Positions 1 to 9,544 are shown, numbered from the stretch's first letter. The stretch: 64,000 nt of DNA from Acidobacteriota bacterium (GCA_046734955.1 JBKPSH010000074.1:8698-72697); one strand, 5' to 3'. Notes: generated by a model not told the origin, from the sequence alone. A program made the numbers and translations.

Positions 1-2
1 TC

Positions 3-71
3 GTCGTGCGATACATCGCCGCATCCGAGCGGGTCTGGGAATACGTCGACATGTGGCGGGCGCACGCCTGA
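3..71 (+). CDS. 3' end of an upstream gene entering the window (partial, product unknown)
   Basis: Reading frame 3 is open from the window edge and stops at TGA 69-71, overlapping the ATG at 71 (cTGATG coupling). Only about 22 codons are visible, so no product call is possible. Confidence 0.25.
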   Translation, partial: VVRYIAASERVWEYVDMWRAHA

Positions 72-889
72 TGGTCCGTCGCGCCACGTCCGTCGTCCTC
101 GTCTTGCTGTTGGTGTGCCTCGTCGTCCCTGGAACAACGAAGGCTGCCGCGCAATCCATTCCTCAGCTGACCGCGCCGGTCAACGATTTTGCCGACGTCA
201 TCGACGACGACAGCGAGCGAGAGATCGATCGCCGAATCCGCGCGCTCAAGGCGGCAAGCGGCGACGTGGTCGTTGTCGCCACGGTGCGGACGTTCAAGCC
301 CTACGCCGACATCGATGAGTATGCAGTAAAGATGTTCGAGAACGGCGGCCGCGGCATTGGTGACAAAGGAAAAGACAACGGCCTCTTGATCGTCGTCGCC
401 GTCGACGATCGAAGGATCAGGATCGAGGTCGGGTACGACCTCGAGCAATTCGTGACCGATGGTTTCGCGGGGGAAACGATTCGCGACGTCATCACACCGC
501 AATTTCGAAGCGGCAACTACGGCGCGGGACTGCTGGCCGGCACCACATCCGTCATCAACCGCATCGCGGAGCGGCGCGGCGTCACGCTGCAGGACGTCCC
601 CCCGCCTCCGGCGCCTCGGCGGACCACCGGTTCAGGCTTCCCCTGGTGGATCATCATCCTGCTCATCATCATCATCGCCAGCAATCGGCGACGACGCCGC
701 CGGCGGATGTGGGGCGGCGGCCCGTGGAGCGGGTGGAACAGCGGCATCGGACCGTTCGGCGGGGGCGGATTCGGCGGCGGCTTTGGCGGATTCGGCGGAG
801 GTGGATTCGGCGGTGGCGGTGGCGGTGGTGGCTTCGGCGGATTCGGTGGAGGCCGCAGCGGTGGCGGCGGCGCATCCGGTGGTTGGTAG
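71..889 (+). CDS. TPM-domain (YgcG-type) membrane protein with Gly/Phe-rich tail
   Basis: ORF track 53..889. ATG 71 gives a signal peptide (MVRRATSVVLVLLLVCLVVPGTTKAAAQ). TPM-like core (LTAPVNDFADVI, GLLIVVAVDDRRIRIEVGYDLE), then a TM stretch WWIIILLIIIIA and a GGFGG-repeat C-terminus. Confidence 0.85.
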   Translation: MVRRATSVVLVLLLVCLVVPGTTKAAAQSIPQLTAPVNDFADVIDDDSEREIDRRIRALKAASGDVVVVATVRTFKPYADIDEYAVKMFENGGRGIGDKGKDNGLLIVVAVDDRRIRIEVGYDLEQFVTDGFAGETIRDVITPQFRSGNYGAGLLAGTTSVINRIAERRGVTLQDVPPPPAPRRTTGSGFPWWIIILLIIIIASNRRRRRRRMWGGGPWSGWNSGIGPFGGGGFGGGFGGFGGGGFGGGGGGGGFGGFGGGRSGGGGASGGW

Positions 890-976
890 ACGAATCGCTA
901 ATCGCTGATGACTAATCTTGAATCCGTGGCTTCCGCCTTCAGGCGGAGATCAGTAGGAGAACAGAAAAGGGGCGAC

Positions 977-1543
977 ATGGATAAACGACTTCGATTCACG
1001 ACGAACATCGCCATCCTGATGTTGATCACAGCGCTGTCCGGTTGTTCCTACAACAAGTTTTCAACCCAGGAAGAAGCCATCAACGCGCAGTGGGCGGAAG
1101 TGCAGAACCAGTTGCAGCGCCGGAATGATCTGATCCCGAATCTGGTCAACACTGTGAAGGGCTACGCGGCGCATGAGTCAGGTGTCTTCAAGGACATCGC
1201 GGATGCGCGCTCGCGACTGCTCGCGGCAAAAACGCCTGAAGAAACCATCCAGGCCGCCAATCAGACGTCATCCGCCCTCGGGCGGCTGCTCGCACTCGTC
1301 GAGAACTACCCTCAGCTCAAAGCGGACGCGCAGTTCAATCGATTGATGGACGAGCTGAGCGGGACCGAAAACCGGTTATCCGTTGCACGTATGCGCTACA
1401 ACGAATCGGTTCAGGCATACAACACACAACGACGAAAGTTCCCCTCGAACGTCACCGCCAAGATGTTCGGCTTCAAAGAACATCCGTACTGGGAAGTTCC
1501 CCCCGAGGCCCGGCAGGCTCCAAAAGTAGACTTCAGCAAGTAG
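977..1543 (+). CDS. LemA family protein (lipoprotein-type N-terminus)
   Basis: ORF track 908..1543. Internal ATG 977 gives MDKRLRF...ITALSGCSY (lipobox-like). LemA signature region QWAEVQNQLQRRNDLIPNLVNTVKGYAAHE...NRLSVARMRYNESV. Confidence 0.85.
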   Translation: MDKRLRFTTNIAILMLITALSGCSYNKFSTQEEAINAQWAEVQNQLQRRNDLIPNLVNTVKGYAAHESGVFKDIADARSRLLAAKTPEETIQAANQTSSALGRLLALVENYPQLKADAQFNRLMDELSGTENRLSVARMRYNESVQAYNTQRRKFPSNVTAKMFGFKEHPYWEVPPEARQAPKVDFSK

Positions 1544-1562
1544 AAAGGCAGAGGAGAAAGTT

Positions 1563-4500
1563 GTGAGTCGACAGATTCTGCGCGTGCGCGTGCTCGCCTG
1601 GCTCGGCATTGGGGTGTGTCTCGTCGCGGGGCGAGTGCTCATCGCACAGGGGCCCGCCCAGGTCCCGCCGCTTCCGCCGCCTATCAATCAGTCCGACGAT
1701 CCCATCTTGAAGCCTTTCGTCTGGCGACCGATTGGTCCGGCGAGCATGGGCGGTCGCGTCGATGACATCGCTGTCGTCGAGAGCAATCCAAGCACGATCT
1801 ATCTCGGATTTGCGACCGGCGGAATCTGGAAGAGCACGAATAACGGGACGACATGGATGCCGATCTTCGATACGTATCCTGTCTCCTCAATTGGCGACAT
1901 CGCAATCGCGCCGTCGAACCCCGACATCGTTTACGTCGGCACCGGTGAGCCGAACAATCGTCAGAGTTCCTCGTTCGGCGCCGGCGTGTACAAGTCAATC
2001 GATGGCGGGAAGACCTTTCAGGAGGCTGGCCTGAAAGAAACGCAATCGATCGGCCGCATCGTCGTGCATCCCAAAGATCCGAACATTGCGTACGTCGCCG
2101 CCGTGGGACATCTCTTTGGCCCCAACAAGGAACGCGGTCTCTATAAGACGACCGACGGCGGAAAGACCTGGACCAATACGAAATTCATCGACGACAACAC
2201 GGGATTCACCGACGTCGTGATCGATCCAGGCAATCCGAACATGCTCATCGCTGCGTCGTATCAGCGGCGTCGCACGCCGTGGGGGTTCAACGGCGGCGGG
2301 CCGGGCAGTGGAATCTGGAAGACCACCGATGCCGGCAAGACATGGACGAAGCTCACCAACGGATTACCGAACAATCCGATCATCGGACGGATTGGGCTCG
2401 ACATCGCGCGCTCGAAACCATCGACAATTTACGCGTCGATCGAAGTTGGGCCGAGCGGTGGCACCGGAGCCGGCGTCAACGATGATGGAACGCTGGTGCC
2501 TCCCGGCCAGCGCGGAGGGGGCGGCGGTGGCGGAGGCTTCGGCGGCGGACGCGGTCAGGCTCCTCCGCCAGATCCCAACAAGAGCGGTGTGTGGCGATCG
2601 GATGATGGCGGAAAGAGCTGGCGCTTCCTGTCGAATCAAGGCGATCGGTGGATGTACTACAGCCAGATCCGTGTCGATCCCACTAATCCGGAGATCGCGT
2701 ATCAGGGCGGCGCGCCCTTTTTCAAGAGCACCGACGGTGGAAAAACCTGGAACACCGTTCAAGGCATTCCACATAGCGATCATCACGCGATCTGGATCGA
2801 TCCACGCGATGGCAAACACATCCTGCTTGGCAACGACGGCGGCTTCGACGTGACCTACGACCGCGGCGACACCTGGGAGTACGTCAACAACCTGCCGGTC
2901 GGGCAGTTCTACGCGATTAGCGCGGACATGCGCAAGCCGTATTACGTCTGCGGCGGATTACAAGACAACGGCAGCTGGTGCGGACCGAGCGCCACACGTA
3001 GCGCAAATGGAATTCTGAATTCCGATTGGTATCGCGTCGGCGGCGGCGACGGGTTCTACACGCAGAACGATCAATCGGACTGGACCGTCGTGTACTCCGA
3101 GTCGCAGGACGGCGCCACCAATCGCCTCGATTTACGGACAGGACGCAGCAACAGCATCCGGCCGCGTGGACCAGGACAGGCCGGACGCGGCGGTGGCGGC
3201 GCGCCGGCCGGCGAAACACCCGATCCAGCCGCCCAAGTGCCCGCGCCGTTTGGATTCGCCGGAAATCAAAACCCGAACGTGGTCCCGACGCCGCCGTCAG
3301 GCACGTACTACCGTTTCTACTGGAACACGCCGTTCATTCTTTCGCCACACAATCCGCGAACGATATTTCTCGGTGGTGACCGATTGTTCCGCTCGTACGA
3401 TCGGGGCGACACATGGGTGGCCTCTCCGGATCTGACGAAGAACATCGGCCGCAACGACCGTCCGATTCTCGGCGTCGACGGTTCAGCGCCGATGGCGTCG
3501 AAGCACGATGGCGCAGCGTCGTACAGCAACATCGTCACCATCGGCGAATCGCCGCTGGTGCCGGGCATCATCTGGGTGGGAACCAACGATGGCAATCTTC
3601 AAGTCAGCCGCGACAGCGGCAACACATGGAAGAACGTCGTCGACAAAGTGCCAGGCGTGGCGAAGGAGACGCACGTCTCGCGCGTCGAGCCATCACGCTA
3701 CGATGCCGGCACGTGTTACGTGACATTCGATGCGCATCGCACCGACGATCACAAGCCTTACGTTTTCCTGACGACAGACTTCGGTGAAACGTGGACGTCG
3801 ATCTCGTCGAATCTTCCCGAAGGAAACGTCAACGTCATTCGCGAAGATCCGAAGAACAAGAACCTCCTGTATCTCGGAACCGAGTACGCGTTCTACGTAT
3901 CGCTGAACCGCGGAAGAGAATGGAAGCGGTTCATGAACGGGATGCCGACCGTGCGCATCGACGACATCATGGTCCACCCGCGCGACAACGATCTGATCGT
4001 TGGCACGCACGGGCGAAGCATCTACATCATCGACGACATCACGGCGCTCCAGCAGCTGTCAGACACAACGACCGGGTCAGACGCGGCTTTGCTGGATATC
4101 CGCCCTGGCGTCTCGTGGGTGACCGACATCCAGAAGACTATCCTCACCGAGGGGGCGAAATCCTTCCGCGCGCAGAATCCGTCCCAGGGATCTGCGATCA
4201 GCTACTGGCTGAAGAGCGCTGCGACGTCAGACGTGCGGGTCACGATCAGCGACGTCACCGGCCGTGAGATCCGTACTCTGGTTGGGACGAAGAACGCCGG
4301 CCTCAATCGCGTGCAATGGGACCTACGCGCAGGCGGTGCAGGAGGTCGCGGACGCGGCCAGGGAGGCGGGGCTACTCCGCAGCCAACTGCTGCCGCCGAG
4401 GCCGGAGCACCAGTTGCGCAACCGGTGACACAACAACCGGCCGCGCAACAGCCTGCCGCGCCGGCCGCACCAGACGAAGGGGCGCGTGGAAGAGGAGCGC

Positions 4501-4670
4501 CGACAGCAACGCCGGCGGCGGCACCGAGAGGTGGCGGCGGACGCGGGCGCGGGGGCGTCCAGGGCCCACCGGTCGCGGCGGGCACCTATCTCGTCAAGCT
4601 TATGATCGGCGACAAGCTCATCGGTCAGAAGACGATTGTGGTCGAGGCGGATTCGACGTTTCTGCAGTAG
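1563..4670 (+). CDS. Sortilin/VPS10-type BNR-repeat beta-propeller protein (glycosyl-hydrolase-like), secreted
   Basis: 1035-aa ORF with an N-terminal signal/TM. Repeated S/T-x-D-x-G-x-T-W (BNR/Asp-box) motifs (STNNGTTW, SIDGGKTF, TTDGGKTW, TTDAGKTW, SDDGGKSW, STDGGKTW, SRDSGNTW, TTDFGETW). Carries Gly/Arg and Pro/Ala/Gln low-complexity inserts. Confidence 0.8.
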   Translation: MSRQILRVRVLAWLGIGVCLVAGRVLIAQGPAQVPPLPPPINQSDDPILKPFVWRPIGPASMGGRVDDIAVVESNPSTIYLGFATGGIWKSTNNGTTWMPIFDTYPVSSIGDIAIAPSNPDIVYVGTGEPNNRQSSSFGAGVYKSIDGGKTFQEAGLKETQSIGRIVVHPKDPNIAYVAAVGHLFGPNKERGLYKTTDGGKTWTNTKFIDDNTGFTDVVIDPGNPNMLIAASYQRRRTPWGFNGGGPGSGIWKTTDAGKTWTKLTNGLPNNPIIGRIGLDIARSKPSTIYASIEVGPSGGTGAGVNDDGTLVPPGQRGGGGGGGGFGGGRGQAPPPDPNKSGVWRSDDGGKSWRFLSNQGDRWMYYSQIRVDPTNPEIAYQGGAPFFKSTDGGKTWNTVQGIPHSDHHAIWIDPRDGKHILLGNDGGFDVTYDRGDTWEYVNNLPVGQFYAISADMRKPYYVCGGLQDNGSWCGPSATRSANGILNSDWYRVGGGDGFYTQNDQSDWTVVYSESQDGATNRLDLRTGRSNSIRPRGPGQAGRGGGGAPAGETPDPAAQVPAPFGFAGNQNPNVVPTPPSGTYYRFYWNTPFILSPHNPRTIFLGGDRLFRSYDRGDTWVASPDLTKNIGRNDRPILGVDGSAPMASKHDGAASYSNIVTIGESPLVPGIIWVGTNDGNLQVSRDSGNTWKNVVDKVPGVAKETHVSRVEPSRYDAGTCYVTFDAHRTDDHKPYVFLTTDFGETWTSISSNLPEGNVNVIREDPKNKNLLYLGTEYAFYVSLNRGREWKRFMNGMPTVRIDDIMVHPRDNDLIVGTHGRSIYIIDDITALQQLSDTTTGSDAALLDIRPGVSWVTDIQKTILTEGAKSFRAQNPSQGSAISYWLKSAATSDVRVTISDVTGREIRTLVGTKNAGLNRVQWDLRAGGAGGRGRGQGGGATPQPTAAAEAGAPVAQPVTQQPAAQQPAAPAAPDEGARGRGAPTATPAAAPRGGGGRGRGGVQGPPVAAGTYLVKLMIGDKLIGQKTIVVEADSTFLQ

Positions 4671-4762
4671 TTGGTGAATTGGTGAATTGGGCGACTCACT
4701 GACGCCGGGCGTCCTCAATTCACGATTCACCAACTCATAAATTCATCAATTCACCAATTCAT
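4671..4762. repeat. (GGTGAATT)n inverted-repeat hairpin between convergent genes (bidirectional terminator candidate)
   Basis: ttggtgaattggtgaattgg (4671-4690) is complementary to tcaattcacgattcaccaac (4715-4734). A further copy, tcaattcaccaattca (4746-4761), overlaps the stop of the minus-strand gene. The tract starts 1 nt after the stop at 4670. Confidence 0.7.
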
Positions 4763-5352
4763 TTCTGCACGTTCAGCGTCGCGTCCAGCTTGATCGTCTG
4801 TCCGCTCACCGGATCGGTCACCGCTGTCGATTGAGCCGTCTGGCCGTCTCGCATCATCAGCGTGAAAGATGAGTTGAAGTTGCGAAAGGCTGGCGCACCT
4901 GTGCTGGCGATCGTCGACCGGGCCGCGGGCTCGGCTTGATCCGGGTAATACACGGATGAATCGGTGATGGTAATTTGTATTTTGTAGAAACCATCGAGGG
5001 CGGTGGACGCGTTTACGTCGATATTCGTGCCGACATCGCGATAGTTATACGACTGCGTCTTTTCCCCATCCTTTCCGAAAATCGTCGACGGAACCGGAAT
5101 CTGTGTACCCAGCCGCAGAGTTGTCGGCGTCCTGCCATCGGTCGCCGTCGCCCAGAGAGTGTGCGGCACGCTGCTGATCTTCTTCTCCCCCTGGTAGCGC
5201 GAAAAAACGAGCGACAGTTTCAACGAGACGGGCGTCCCTGGACGAGCCTGTGCGGCCGGCTGCGCGTCCTGCGCGACAAGAGTTGTGGTCGTCAACACGG
5301 CAAGCGCGGCGGTCATGATTTTGAAAGCTCTGGTCACGGTTCTACTCCTCAT
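4759..5352 (-). CDS. Hypothetical secreted protein (last gene of an ECF sigma/anti-sigma operon)
   Basis: 197-aa ORF with a signal peptide (MTAALAVLTTTTLVAQDAQ). Beta-rich composition and no recognised motif. Lies 12 nt downstream of the anti-sigma ORF. Confidence 0.6.
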   Translation of the reverse strand: MRSRTVTRAFKIMTAALAVLTTTTLVAQDAQPAAQARPGTPVSLKLSLVFSRYQGEKKISSVPHTLWATATDGRTPTTLRLGTQIPVPSTIFGKDGEKTQSYNYRDVGTNIDVNASTALDGFYKIQITITDSSVYYPDQAEPAARSTIASTGAPAFRNFNSSFTLMMRDGQTAQSTAVTDPVSGQTIKLDATLNVQK

Positions 5353-5364
5353 TCTGAATACGCA

Positions 5365-5934
5365 CTACTGCCCGCCGTTCGGATCGACAGGAGTCAACAC
5401 GAGTTCGGGAACTTTTAATGGCTCGGCGATCGGCAGGGCGCCTGCGTGCGCGTCGGCGGCGATACTCTCGCCATTCGAAGCGTCCAGGATCGTATTCCTC
5501 GCAGCGGCCGCAAGGCGCTGGATCGCCGCGGTGATGGCTGGATCGATGATGACTTCTGGACTCGCCGTGGCCTCCATGGTAAGCGTGGATTGCTTGTGAA
5601 CGGCGGCCTGACGAGCAGCGATGATCACCGGCGCTATCCTGTGTTCCACTGGTAGCGGCGTGTCCGAACGCCTGACGATCTCAGCGTTCTGAGTCCCAGA
5701 CGAACTGTCATTCGTTCGAAGCACAGCCACGAAGATCAGCGCCGCGGCGGTCGCGATCGCCAATCCGATCCAGCCCCATCGCGTCGCACGAGATTCGCGA
5801 TGCTCGTCAATACGAGCGCGGACTCGTGCAGCGAACTCCGGTGACGGCTCGATCGACAGCAACCGCTGCAGGTCGGCCTCCGCCTCGGCGACAATGCGCT
5901 CGTCCAGTTCTGTCATTTGCTCGGTGCGAGACAT
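5365..5934 (-). CDS. Putative anti-sigma factor (single-pass membrane protein)
   Basis: 189-aa ORF that overlaps the 3' end of the sigma gene by 22 nt. Central TM segment WGWIGLAIATAAALIFVAVL. Called from position and topology only, without a motif. Confidence 0.5.
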   Translation of the reverse strand: MSRTEQMTELDERIVAEAEADLQRLLSIEPSPEFAARVRARIDEHRESRATRWGWIGLAIATAAALIFVAVLRTNDSSSGTQNAEIVRRSDTPLPVEHRIAPVIIAARQAAVHKQSTLTMEATASPEVIIDPAITAAIQRLAAAARNTILDASNGESIAADAHAGALPIAEPLKVPELVLTPVDPNGGQ

Positions 5935-6464
5935 TTCAGACTCTCCGCCAGCCCTTTTCGGGCCAGATACAACCGCGACTTGACGGTGCCTTCCGGTAAA
6001 TCGAGCAGTCGCGCCATCGTTCGAATGTCATGTCCCTCGATCGCGCCCAGGACGACGACGATTCGCAGCTTTTCCGGCAGCGTGTCGATCGCCTCCCACA
6101 AGCGCTCGGCGCGCTCACGTGATACTGCAACCTCTTCGGTCGACGGCGCGTGAGCGAATTCGACCGCCTGTTCCCGCGCCGTGCGACGCCGTTCGGATCG
6201 CCAGCGGTCGATCGCCAGCCGCCACGTCATCCGCATCAGCCACGCGCGGAACCGATCACGATCGCGGAGTTGAGTGAAGCTGCGATAGGCCTTCGCAAAC
6301 GCTTCCTGCGCGACATCTTCGGCGTCCTGCCGGTGGCGCAGGACCCCATACGCGACGCGGAAGGCCAGCGTGGTCGATTCGCGAAGGCGGTCCTCGAACT
6401 CCCGCTCGAGATCCTCGTCCAGGGTCACAAACGTCCCGGAAAACCCGCCGGCCCAGTCATTCAT
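5913..6464 (-). CDS. ECF-type RNA polymerase sigma-70 family factor
   Basis: 183 aa. Region 2 (AEDVAQEAFAKAYRSF...FRAWLMRMTWRLAIDRWR) and region 4 HTH (IEGHDIRTMARLLDLPEGTVKSRLYLARKGL). Confidence 0.85.
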   Translation of the reverse strand: MNDWAGGFSGTFVTLDEDLEREFEDRLRESTTLAFRVAYGVLRHRQDAEDVAQEAFAKAYRSFTQLRDRDRFRAWLMRMTWRLAIDRWRSERRRTAREQAVEFAHAPSTEEVAVSRERAERLWEAIDTLPEKLRIVVVLGAIEGHDIRTMARLLDLPEGTVKSRLYLARKGLAESLKCLAPSK

Positions 6465-6573
6465 TCAAGCTCCAGAAGCAAGACGGCATGGACACGGAGT
6501 GAGTTCAGTCACGTCATCTCACCCGTTTTTCTGACGGTTGAACTGGCGTCAAGGGACGACATATTCTCTAAGG

Positions 6574-7071
6574 ATGGCTCTCAAAGATGCATTGCTTCCG
6601 GAATTCGACCATGAGATGGGCACGACTCGACGGGTGCTCGAGCGCGTACCCGAGGCGGAATTCGCCTGGAAGCCGCACGACAAGTCCTTCAACCTCGGCC
6701 AGCTGGCCGGGCATGTCGCGAATATTCCCCACTGGGTCGATGCGATCGTCAAGAACACGGTGTTCGATCTCGCTGACGCGGAAGACGCGCGCCCCCGCGT
6801 GCCGGAGTCAACCGCGTGGCTCGTGTCACAGTTCGAGAAGAATGTCGGCGCCGCCCGGGCGGGAATCGCGAGTATGAGCGATCCGGAATTCCTCGCGCCG
6901 TGGACGTTCAAGCACAGCGGTCAGACCGTCTTCACCATGCCGCGCGCCGCCGCACTCCGGTCATTCGTGATGAACCACCTGATTCATCATCGCGGACAAC
7001 TGACGGTGTACCTGCGCCTGAAGAACGTGCCCGTGCCGCCCGTCTATGGTCCTACCGCTGACGAACAGTGA
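6574..7071 (+). CDS. DinB family protein
   Basis: ORF track 6538..7071. ATG 6574 is preceded by aagga. Shows the DinB-like His pattern (LAGHVANIPHW ... HLIHHRGQLTVYLR). Confidence 0.8.
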   Translation: MALKDALLPEFDHEMGTTRRVLERVPEAEFAWKPHDKSFNLGQLAGHVANIPHWVDAIVKNTVFDLADAEDARPRVPESTAWLVSQFEKNVGAARAGIASMSDPEFLAPWTFKHSGQTVFTMPRAAALRSFVMNHLIHHRGQLTVYLRLKNVPVPPVYGPTADEQ

Positions 7072-8561
7072 AAAGGCAATCCGTTCTTTTACCTTTCCTT
7101 TTCCCTTTTGCCTTTTGCCTTTTCCCTTTCCTGTTACTTTGCACCCTCAATTCCGCCGGCTATCGCTACGGCGCCTCCGATCTCGCGTTCTACATCCCGG
7201 CGGCACTCGAACGGCTCGATCCGTCACTCTTCCCGCGGGACGGCGCGTTGATTGCGTCCCAGGCACGATTGACGATGATCGATGAGACGATCGCGGCGCT
7301 GTCGCGCGTCAGCGGACTCGGATTGCCGTCACTGTTCGCGACGTTATACGCGACGACGCTCGCGCTGCTGCTGGCCGGCGCACTTCTGCTTGGACGGTTC
7401 CTGTATCGGACCGAGGCGGCGGCGCTCGCATTCGTTGCCGCCCTGACCTTGCGCCACGCCATCGCGAAGTCGGGGACGAATACACTCGAGGGCTATTTCC
7501 ATCCGCGCCAACTCGCATTCAGTCTTGGGGTTCTGGCGCTGGTCGCACTGATGCAACAGCGCGTGCTCGTCAGCGCGGCGCTTGTCGTCGCCGGTGGTCT
7601 GCTTCATCCGACGACGGCGTTGTGGTTTTCGATCTGGATAGCGATTGCCGCGGCCGTGAACGATCGCCGGTGGCGGCTACCGATGATCCTTGTGGCAATC
7701 GCGGTGGTAATTGCAGCCGCATGGATGCTGGCGGCAGGACCGCTTGCGGGCCGGCTGGTCACGATGGATGACGAGTGGCTGGCGACGCTGGAGACCAAGG
7801 ATTATCTGTTCCCGCTCGAGTGGCCTCTGTATGCGTGGGGACTCAACCTCATTTATCCTCCGACCATTTTTTATATCTACAAACGGCGGTCGGCCATGGG
7901 CATTCTGGCGCCGGGGGAACGAGGATTGGTCTGGGGATGCCTGGCGCTCGTCGGCGTATTTGCAGTCGCGCTGCCGTTGAACGCGGCGCGACTCGCCCTG
8001 GTGATTCAACTCCAGGTACCGCGGGTGTTCTGGATGCTTGATTTTCTCGCCATTGCCTACCTGATCTGGTTGATCGCGGAAGACCTCAAGCCCTCGCCGC
8101 GGCGAGCGGGGATCGTCTGCCTCGTGATCGCGCTGGCATCGCTGACGCGCAGCGCGTACATCAAGTTCCTTAAGTTTCCAGATCGGCCAATCGCCGAAAT
8201 CGGCGTGCCCGACAACGACTGGGGGCGCGTGATGGCGTGGGTGCGCAGTACGCCTCACGACACCGGCTGGCTTGCTCACCCCGGACACGCCGTTCTGTAC
8301 GGAACGAGCGTCAGAGTTGCAGGGCAGCGCGACGTGTTTGTCGAAGGTATCAAGGACGCAGCAATTGGCATGTACGAACGCGACGTCGCCATCCGCACGC
8401 GCGATCGATTGCAAGAGCTGCGCGATTTCGACACGCTGACGCCCGAGCGCGCGACGTCGCTCGGCGCGCGCTATCAGATGGACTTTCTCGTTACGGGTCA
8501 AACTCTCGATCTTCCGGTGGCGTTCTCGAGCGGGCCACTGCGGGTCTATCGCCTGCGATGA
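7068..8561 (+). CDS. Polytopic integral membrane protein of unknown function
   Basis: 497-aa ORF with many hydrophobic segments. The first about 25 codons ([18 protein letters not shown]) are translated from the simple-sequence tract, so the true start is uncertain (alternative ATG near 7279). Confidence 0.6.
   Translation: MKRQSVLLPFLFPFAFCLFPFLLLCTLNSAGYRYGASDLAFYIPAALERLDPSLFPRDGALIASQARLTMIDETIAALSRVSGLGLPSLFATLYATTLALLLAGALLLGRFLYRTEAAALAFVAALTLRHAIAKSGTNTLEGYFHPRQLAFSLGVLALVALMQQRVLVSAALVVAGGLLHPTTALWFSIWIAIAAAVNDRRWRLPMILVAIAVVIAAAWMLAAGPLAGRLVTMDDEWLATLETKDYLFPLEWPLYAWGLNLIYPPTIFYIYKRRSAMGILAPGERGLVWGCLALVGVFAVALPLNAARLALVIQLQVPRVFWMLDFLAIAYLIWLIAEDLKPSPRRAGIVCLVIALASLTRSAYIKFLKFPDRPIAEIGVPDNDWGRVMAWVRSTPHDTGWLAHPGHAVLYGTSVRVAGQRDVFVEGIKDAAIGMYERDVAIRTRDRLQELRDFDTLTPERATSLGARYQMDFLVTGQTLDLPVAFSSGPLRVYRLR
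7092..7141. repeat. Pyrimidine-strand (CCTTTTS)n simple-sequence tract
   Basis: cctttccttttcccttttgccttttgccttttccctttcc lies directly after the DinB stop. It is the complement family of the GGSAAAA tracts at 21025, 23430 and 43479. Confidence 0.8.
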
Positions 8562-9544
8562 ACGATTACGTGCCCAAGCGTGGCCTGACGAACGGCCATC
8601 TCATGACAGTGTATTGCTGGGGAAAGCCGCGCAAGTTCCCGGCGTTACCCGCACCGACCGAACGCCACTTCGATACCGAACCCAAAACCCGCGTCCTCGC
8701 GCATTGCCATTGGCAACGCGATCCCGCCGCGCATCCGGCACTCATCGGCCTGCATGGTCTGGAGGGATCGAGCAGCGCGCACTACATGCGCGGCATGGCG
8801 GCGAAGGCCTACGGACGCGGATTCAACGTCCTCTTGCTCAATCAGCGCAATTGCGGCGGCACGGAATCGCTGTCCGCAGGGCTCTATCACTCGGGTCTCA
8901 CCGCGGATGCTGCCCACGTCATCAGCGAACTCCGACGCGACGGCATCGATCGCGTCGTCGTTGCCGGCTACTCGCTGGGAGGGAACCTGGCGCTCAAGCT
9001 CGCCGGCGACTACGGAAGCGCGCCACCGCCATCGCTGAAAGGCGTGTGTGCCGTGTCGCCCGTGATTGAGCTGGCCGAGTGTGTCAGAGCGCTCGACCGC
9101 CGTGAGAATTTCATTTACCAATGGAATTTTGTCAGAGGGCTGAAGGCGCGGATGCGCCGCAAAGCGGCCGCGCATCCGGGACGATTCCCGCTCGAACGGC
9201 TGTCGCAGGTGCGAACCGTTCGCCAATTCGATGAATACTTCACCGCACCGCACTTCGCGTTCGATGGCGCGGATGATTACTATTTTCGCGCGAGCGCGAT
9301 GCGCGTCGTCGATCGGATCCGCGTGCCGGCGCTCGTCATAACCGCCGAAGACGATCCGTTTGTCCCGGCTGAGATCTTTCGCGATCCACGCCTCCAAACC
9401 AATCCCCACATCAACCTCGTCGTCACCCGGCATGGGGGCCATTGCGGGTTCGTCGCCAATATGAACGGGGTGGACGACGGGTATTGGGCGGAGCGCCGGA
9501 TCGTTGAGTTTGCGGCCGCGGTGACGGAGAGCAGGAATCGCTGA
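8558..9544 (+). CDS. Alpha/beta hydrolase, YheT/ABHD1-3-like
   Basis: ORF track 8237..9544. ATG 8558 overlaps the upstream stop (ATGA). MNDYVPKRGLTNGHLMT..., GLEGSSSAHYMRG, nucleophile elbow GYSLGGN, C-terminal HGGHCGF. Confidence 0.8.
   Translation: MNDYVPKRGLTNGHLMTVYCWGKPRKFPALPAPTERHFDTEPKTRVLAHCHWQRDPAAHPALIGLHGLEGSSSAHYMRGMAAKAYGRGFNVLLLNQRNCGGTESLSAGLYHSGLTADAAHVISELRRDGIDRVVVAGYSLGGNLALKLAGDYGSAPPPSLKGVCAVSPVIELAECVRALDRRENFIYQWNFVRGLKARMRRKAAAHPGRFPLERLSQVRTVRQFDEYFTAPHFAFDGADDYYFRASAMRVVDRIRVPALVITAEDDPFVPAEIFRDPRLQTNPHINLVVTRHGGHCGFVANMNGVDDGYWAERRIVEFAAAVTESRNR

Noticed and set aside
459-915. Alternative-frame ORFs (149, 89, 76 and 67 aa) over the Gly-rich tail of the TPM gene
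   Set aside because: These are products of the GGC/GGT-rich low-complexity region read in other frames (Arg/Trp or Ala/Ser runs), not independent genes.
53-1543. TPM + LemA pair as a novel system
   Set aside because: LemA/TPM gene pairs are a widespread, ordinary arrangement, and nothing unusual is seen beyond the gene order.
8237-8557. N-terminal extensions of the hydrolase ORF (8237) and of ADOP4 (18385-18594)
   Set aside because: The extensions overlap the 3' ends of the preceding well-supported genes in another frame. Family-typical N-termini begin at 8558 and 18595.
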